Positions 58,612 to 64,000 of a stretch of DNA of 64,000 bases are shown here, piece after piece (position 1 is the first letter of the stretch; each line of letters begins with the position of its first letter). The stretch is from Candidatus Marinacidobacterales bacterium (GTDB lineage Bacteria > Acidobacteriota > Vicinamibacteria > Marinacidobacterales > SMYC01): the NCBI GenBank assembly GCA_965237955.1, contig OZ250169.1, forward strand, positions 5,376,001 through 5,440,000, given 5' to 3'. The translations under genes were made by a program, and so were the position numbers. Under the pieces are notes generated by a model. That model saw only the letters and a list, made by a program, of their open reading frames with translations, was not told the DNA's origin and did no database searches.

Positions 58612-58677
58612 AAATCCAAAATTCAAAACTCAAAATCCGAAACAAGTTCAAAATCCAAAAACTCAAAATTCGAAACC
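58612..58677 (+). repeat. Degenerate ~7-mer tandem repeat (AAA[A/T]TC[C/A/G]-like)
   Basis: AAATCCAAAATTCAAAACTCAAAATCCGAAACAAGTTCAAAATCCAAAAACTCAAAATTCGAAAC immediately after the dctM stop. Confidence 0.7.
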
Positions 58678-59835
58678 TGGAACCCCACTCGCTAAGCCCG
58701 CCCTAGTGGTCGCTGGATGCAGCTGTTTCTTTCCCGCCGCGAGCTGCCGAGCGCACATCGCTCTCGATCAATTCCCAGATCTGATCGATATAGTTCAGGA
58801 ACTCTGGGGTGCGTTTGACGGAAAGTTGGCGGGGTCGCTCGAAGGGGATGGAGATACTGGCTTTTACGCGGCCGGGGCGAGAACCAAAGACGATGACCTG
58901 ATCGGAGAGAAAAACGGATTCATCAATCTGGTGAGTAATGAAAAGCACCGTTTTACTCGTCCTTTGCCAGATGCTCAACAGTTCGCTTTGCATGATCTCC
59001 CGGGTCTGTGCAACCAGAGAGGCAAAGGGCTCGTCCATGAGCAACAGATCAGGATCAATCAAGAGAGCCCGGGCCAGGTTCACCCGCTGCTGCATGCCGC
59101 CGGATAGTTCATTCGGATAATGATCCTCAAACCCACTCAGGCCCACAATCTCAAGAACCTCATTGGCTTGTGCCAGGGCTGTGTTCGCTAGTCTGAATTG
59201 GCCCAGGCACTTGTCAATAATGTTGTGTCCGCGGGCATCATTCTGCCTCGAATCGGGTCTCGAACATGGCGTTGAATTGGTCGAGCGCGCCCTTGACGGT
59301 TGCGGTGACTCGGTGCCATTTGCCGGATTCGAGGGAGGTGACGACAATGCCGAGTTTAAGTTTCGCGGTCTCCTCGGAATGGAAGTATCCACCGCTGTTA
59401 CGACGCAGAATCTCGAGTTGTTTGTTGATGGCTTCGACGGCGTTGGTCGTTGACAGAGAACGTCGTACGCCGTCGGGGTATTTGAGAAAGGCGATGTAGT
59501 GCGGTTGTTTCTTTCGTAGCTCCTTGACGAAGGAGGGGGAGGATTTTTCGAAGCGGTCACAAAGCTCTTCGAATTGAGAAGCGGCGACTTCGGCGCTCCA
59601 AGCGGTTTTGATGGAGCGGAACCTCTTGGTGAACTCAGAGGCGTCCTGCTTGCTGAGATGAGTTTTGGCGTTCCGGAGCATGTGAACGGTACACAGCTGG
59701 ATATCGGAGTTGGGAAACATTCCCTTGGTGACGCCGAGCAAACCCGAGAAGTCGTCGTGGATGACGATCATGACGCGTCTGAGGCCCCGTTCAACGAGAG
59801 AGCGAAGGACAGTTTTCCAACCCTCGAGGTTTTCT

Positions 59836-61202
59836 GGATCCGTCCCGCTTCCCGTGGAAATAAGAATGGCGTAACCTCCGGTTAAACAAAACGAAACCGC
59901 GCCTGGAAAGGCGAGGAGGAGGATTACGCCATGAAGAAGCCTACCACCATATCGAAGGAGTCTGTAAGCGAGTACCGGGAGTTCGTCCAACTTCGGCTGC
60001 GTAAGCGGGTACTGGAGGCAATCGAGGTCGTGCTCGAGGAAGAAGTCAACCAAGCGCTGGGGTGTGGTAGCTACGAGCGTGCGGAAGACCGCCGTGGATA
60101 TCGCAACGGAGCCGAAACCCGTCGCGTGACGACGTCGGTGGGAACTCGCGAGCTCCGGGTGCCACGAGCCCGCGTGCGAGACGAGGAAACGGGAGAAACG
60201 ACAGAGTTCAGGAGCGAGCTGTTGCCCCGGTACGCGCGCCGGACTCGTGAGGTCGACGAGGCGATCTTGGGGACGTACTTGTCGGGCGCGAATAGCCGCC
60301 GGATCCGCAAAGCGCTGAAACCACTGCTCGGTGAGGAGCACCTATCGAAGAGCGCGGTGTCTCGCGTGGTTAGCCGGCTGAAGGAGCGCTTCGAGGAATG
60401 GCAGAACCGTGCTCTCAGCGAGGAGGTCTACGCGATCGTTTACCTGGACGGCTTCCACCTGAAAGTGCGGATGGCGAAACGTGTGATCAGCGTACCCGTA
60501 CTGGTCGCGCTCGGGGTCGCGCCAGACGGGCAGAAACGTCTGTTGTCATTGCGTCTGGCGGTGAGCGAAGCCTCGACGCATTGGGGCTCCGTGCTGGAGG
60601 GACTCCAGGCTCGAGGACTCCGGGCTCCCAAGCTAGTGATCAGCGACGGCCACAAGGGGCTGACGAAGGCGCTCGAGAAGTGGCCGGGGTGCCGGTTGCA
60701 GCGATGTACCGAGCACAAGCGCGCCAACTTGCTCGAACATTGCCCGGCGCACGCACGCCGTGAGCTCCGGCGTGACTACAACCGGATCGTCTACGCCAAG
60801 AACGGGATCGATGCTCGCAAAGCCTATGACGAGCTCGTCGCCAAGTGGACGCCTCTCGCACCAGCCGTCGTCCGAAGCCTAGAGGAGGCCGGTAATCAGC
60901 TGCTGACCTTCTACGAATTCCCTCGTGCCATGTGGAAATCGATTCGAACGACCAATGCTCTGGAGAATCTCAACCGCGAGTTTCGACGCCGGACGAAAAC
61001 CCAAGCGTCGTTCTCCAGCGAGGAGTCCGCGGTCGCTTTGCTGTTTGGGCTTATCGCCTCTGGCCAGATTCAACTACGACGCATCGACGGCTACCAACGT
61101 CTGAGCGAGGTTCTCGAACACACGGAGGTTGCCGCCTGATATGATACTCTGATGACGGAGTGGAGGGCGCCGTTCTTTTTCCACGGACCTCGGGACACAT
61201 CC
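59836..61202 (+). mobile_element. IS256-family element (type 2), copy B
   Basis: Same 1367-bp element as 53606-54972, inverted; flanks GGTTTTCT/TGTTTTCT (7 of 8 match). Confidence 0.95.
59931..61139 (+). CDS. IS256 transposase
   Basis: Protein identical to the product of 53669-54877. Confidence 0.95.
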   Translation: MKKPTTISKESVSEYREFVQLRLRKRVLEAIEVVLEEEVNQALGCGSYERAEDRRGYRNGAETRRVTTSVGTRELRVPRARVRDEETGETTEFRSELLPRYARRTREVDEAILGTYLSGANSRRIRKALKPLLGEEHLSKSAVSRVVSRLKERFEEWQNRALSEEVYAIVYLDGFHLKVRMAKRVISVPVLVALGVAPDGQKRLLSLRLAVSEASTHWGSVLEGLQARGLRAPKLVISDGHKGLTKALEKWPGCRLQRCTEHKRANLLEHCPAHARRELRRDYNRIVYAKNGIDARKAYDELVAKWTPLAPAVVRSLEEAGNQLLTFYEFPRAMWKSIRTTNALENLNREFRRRTKTQASFSSEESAVALLFGLIASGQIQLRRIDGYQRLSEVLEHTEVAA

Positions 61203-62336
61203 TGTTTTCTCGTTGGTGTTTTATGAAACAGCCCAGGACTTTCTTTCTGCCGTCGCGGTGCAGGCCGGTAACGAGGTAGATACAAGCAGGCCGAAGACGC
61301 TCGTCTTCTTTGATTTCGACATACTTACCATCGAAGAAGATGGCGAGCATGTCGGGGTCGATGGGTCGTGAGTTGACGAGCTCGAGCTCCTCGATGAAGC
61401 CCGAGGCGACGGTGTCAAGCTCATCGGGGGAGGCGTTGACGCCCATCTTTCTGAGCGCTGTTTTCGCGGCGTTTACAGAGCGAGAGGAGCAAAGCACTCC
61501 GAAGAGAAGGGACTGGACCTCGTCGGAGTATCCGCGCTCGTAGGCCGGAGGGAGTGAGTTCGGTCGAAACTGACCACTGCGCGTTCTGGGCACGCGGGTG
61601 TCGACGGGGATGGAGCCGACATTCAACGAGCGGTCATAGCCTCCGTTACCTTTGTCGCCGGTGGCCTCGGCAAGGTAAGCGTGGCGCTCGGCTTGCCCCG
61701 CGGCGGAGAGCATCATTCCCAAGAGCTCTCGAACGCTGAAGTTCTCGAGGCCGGCGCTGAGTAGGCGGTCGATTTCGTTGTCGAGAGACTCGGAGAGCGA
61801 ATTTTGTGATACGTTGGTTTTGGGATCTGAAGGCATTGCTTGTTCCTTTCAAGTAAACGGGTCCTTGCCCCAGGGCGGCTACCCTGGGGCTTTTCATTTT
61901 CCTCGCGCTCGCGAGGCGCTTCACGCAGTGTATCTCCGTCGTCGTCACACACCGACGCATCGGAAACTTCCAATTCGCTAACGGGCAGGTTACGAGAGGC
62001 TCCCCGTAAGTTAACCAAAAAGGGGGGTGCTGAGGGTTGGGTCGCTTCGAGAAAACGCCTCCTGGGGCAAATGAGAGCGTCGGTTTCGAGCCCCGTCGCC
62101 AATTCCGAGATATCCAACGAAATCGGGCTCGCGTACCAATCCTCCTGAGCCGACGCCGTCCACCGTCGCCGAACGCACTTCGCGGCGCGCTCCGCTCTCG
62201 CTCCGGGTTGACTTTGGGCGGGACCGCTTCGCGGCCCCGCTCTTGCTAGGCGAGATCGTGGTCCCTTCGTGGTCGTCGCTCTCGCTGAAACGTCGTTCTC
62301 ATTATCAGAGCCGGACACAACATTCAGGTTACTCCC

Positions 62337-62791
62337 GTGGCGGGCGCCACGAGCGCTGTTATGGCCGCAGCCAGTCGATTTATGAACTCGAGCACTACTT
62401 GGATGTTCTGGTAAGGAAGCCTGGAGCGTTGGCGGGTTCCACGCCGCTCGCGCAATGGCGCGAGAAAGGTCGGTGGCCTGCGAGCTACGACGAGTTGTGG
62501 TCAAAGCTGAACCATCGTCACGGCAAGTTCGAAGGAACCCGCCAGATGGTGGAGCTCGTGCAGCTCGGCCGCGAGCATGGCTACGACAAGCTGCGTGAGG
62601 CGGTAATCCAAGCGCTCGAGCTTGGCTGTACGGATGCGCAAGCGATCCGTCACCTCGTCGAGTCATCGGGTCTTCGACGCGAGCAGGCGCAGACTCTTGG
62701 CGATGTGGAACTCGGAGAGCTCACGAAGTATGAATGTTCCTTGCCGGGTGTCAGCCACTACAACGCGCTGATCGCTGAGGTGAGCTCGTGA
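62337..62791 (+). pseudogene. istA: IstA C-terminal fragment
   Basis: RHERCYG...[14 protein letters not shown]...YNALI; the 5' part is replaced by IS256 type 3. Confidence 0.8.
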
Positions 62792-63567
62792 ACGCGAAGA
62801 GCATCGAACTCCAGAGTATCCGTCAACATTGCAAGACGCTTCGCATGCCGAGCGTGTCAACTCAGTTCCAGAAGATTGCCGAACAAGCGCAGCGCGACAA
62901 GCACAGCTATGTACGCTACCTCGACGTGCTACTCAGTGCCGAGGTCGAGGAACGCGAACACCGCGCGGTTCAAAGACGACTGAAGGAAGCGCAACTGCCG
63001 AGAGCGAAGACGCTCGAGGAGTTCGACTTCTCGCAATCGCCGAAGGTTTCCGCCCGTCGGATACGAGAGCTGGCCGAAGGCGACTACATAGACCAGGCAC
63101 GGCCGGTTCTGTTTCTCGGCGATGCCGGCACCGGCAAGACTCATCTGGCCACGGCATTGTGTGTAGCGGCGTGCCAGCAACGTCGCCGCGTTCGCTTCAC
63201 GACAGCCTCGAGACTCGTCAACGAACTTGTCGAAGCTAGGGAGGAGCACGAACTCTCGCGCGTGATCCGTCGCTACGCCCGCTACGAGCTGTTGTGTATC
63301 GACGAGCTCGGCTACGTCCCGCTTGCCGACGTCGGCGCCGAGCTTCTGTTCCAGGTGGTCTCGGAGCGATGTGAACGGGCGGCGATCGTGATCACGACAA
63401 ACCTGCCGTTCTCGGAGTGGACCCAGGTGTTCACGAATGTCCGCCTGTGCAAGGCACTGCTCGACCGAGTCACGAACCAGGCGCACATACTCGAAACCGG
63501 TACCGGTACCGAGTCCTATCGGTTCCGGCGCACCGTGAAGAGCGAGAAAAAGACCATAAAGGCATGA
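62788..63567 (+). CDS. istB: IstB ATPase
   Basis: [40 protein letters not shown]. Confidence 0.92.
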   Translation: MNAKSIELQSIRQHCKTLRMPSVSTQFQKIAEQAQRDKHSYVRYLDVLLSAEVEEREHRAVQRRLKEAQLPRAKTLEEFDFSQSPKVSARRIRELAEGDYIDQARPVLFLGDAGTGKTHLATALCVAACQQRRRVRFTTASRLVNELVEAREEHELSRVIRRYARYELLCIDELGYVPLADVGAELLFQVVSERCERAAIVITTNLPFSEWTQVFTNVRLCKALLDRVTNQAHILETGTGTESYRFRRTVKSEKKTIKA

Positions 63568-63844
63568 GTTCGTTGGGTTTCACTCGCCGCGGCCTTCACT
63601 TCGTTACGGCCGCGGAATAAGGAAAGGGGCTTTCTTACGGTTCGTCTTTATTAATCAACAACTTAGGGTGGGCCAAATTAGATGAGCAAAGTGGGCCAGA
63701 CCGGGTGGACAAACACACAGGGCCTCCGTGACGTCCCCGCCCTGACACTCCAGGCCGTACAGAACATTGTTTAACACTGTTCGCCAGGGAAGAAGTGACG
63801 CCTGCTGAAAGACAACCGCCCGGTCCGTGCCAGGTCCTTCGACT

Positions 63845-64000
63845 GGAGGTCGACTCTACCTTCAGATGGTGGAAGAAGCCATGAAAGAAGGCAATTTTTC
63901 GGTCGAGTACATCCTAAATCTCAGAATGACCCTGGAACACAACCCCTTGCTGGGCAATGTTCCCGATGTCATGGAGGGGATCAAGAAGTACGGGATTATC
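63845..64000 (+). CDS. Unidentified open frame running off the window end
   Basis: [28 protein letters not shown]...KKYGII with no stop before the edge. Confidence 0.35.

Larger units (their letters stand above)
59206..62336 (-). mobile_element. IS256-family element (type 3); transposase 61836->59238 is interrupted
   Basis: Both ends share AATGTTGTGTCCG. The ORF halves join as KHQRE-NLEGWK; motifs FFDG, HDD, QLC.VH, TTNAVE. Confidence 0.85.
59180..63717 (+). mobile_element. IS21-family element B containing two nested IS256 elements
   Basis: TGTGTT...AAACACA ends; 6-bp TSD CAGGGC at 59174-59179 and 63718-63723. Confidence 0.9.
58703..63844 (-). pseudogene. SsuB/TauB-type ABC ATPase split by IS21 element B; Walker A region also missing
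   Basis: 5' piece [28 protein letters not shown] (63718-63844) joins ALAQANEVL...LSGGMQQR...MDEPF...ITH (58703-59179). Confidence 0.88.

Overview
A GC-rich bacterial chromosome segment. Remnant gene types (kinase/beta-propeller C-terminus 'VVNWFEEL', DUF4159, CRTAC1-like, PEP-CTERM) hint at Acidobacteriota; this is inference only. 1-19.3 kb is mostly intact: a form II coxL-coxM-coxDE-xdhC molybdo-hydroxylase cluster runs by overlapping stop/start codons into a secreted transglutaminase-like gene, an orphan membrane protein and an AttEFGH-like ABC/lipocalin module. It is followed by puuD-like, mtgA, an acyl-CoA dehydrogenase, meaB, mce, mtnP, a PfkB kinase and tRNA-Val(CAC). 19.3-31.9 kb is a decayed accessory zone with pseudogenes, ISAzo13, IS256, an internally deleted IS1-like element, two MITEs and 2-3 co-oriented integron attC sites without an integrase. 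31.9-44.8 kb carries mrcB, pyk, a GT2, an ISL3 inserted just upstream of cbs, and a coupled three-gene operon (DUF3298 lipoprotein, circularly permuted Tat-lipoprotein D-amino-acid oxidase, membrane-anchored tandem diheme cytochrome c). That operon is the best candidate here for an uncharacterised system. 44.8-64 kb holds a sigma54-driven PEP-CTERM gene and an AT-richer island (ubiD, TRAP dctPQM, ABC ATPase) broken by IS630, an rve-type IS and two nested IS21/IS256 stacks with readable target-site duplications. All calls come from reading motifs by eye; no database searches were run.
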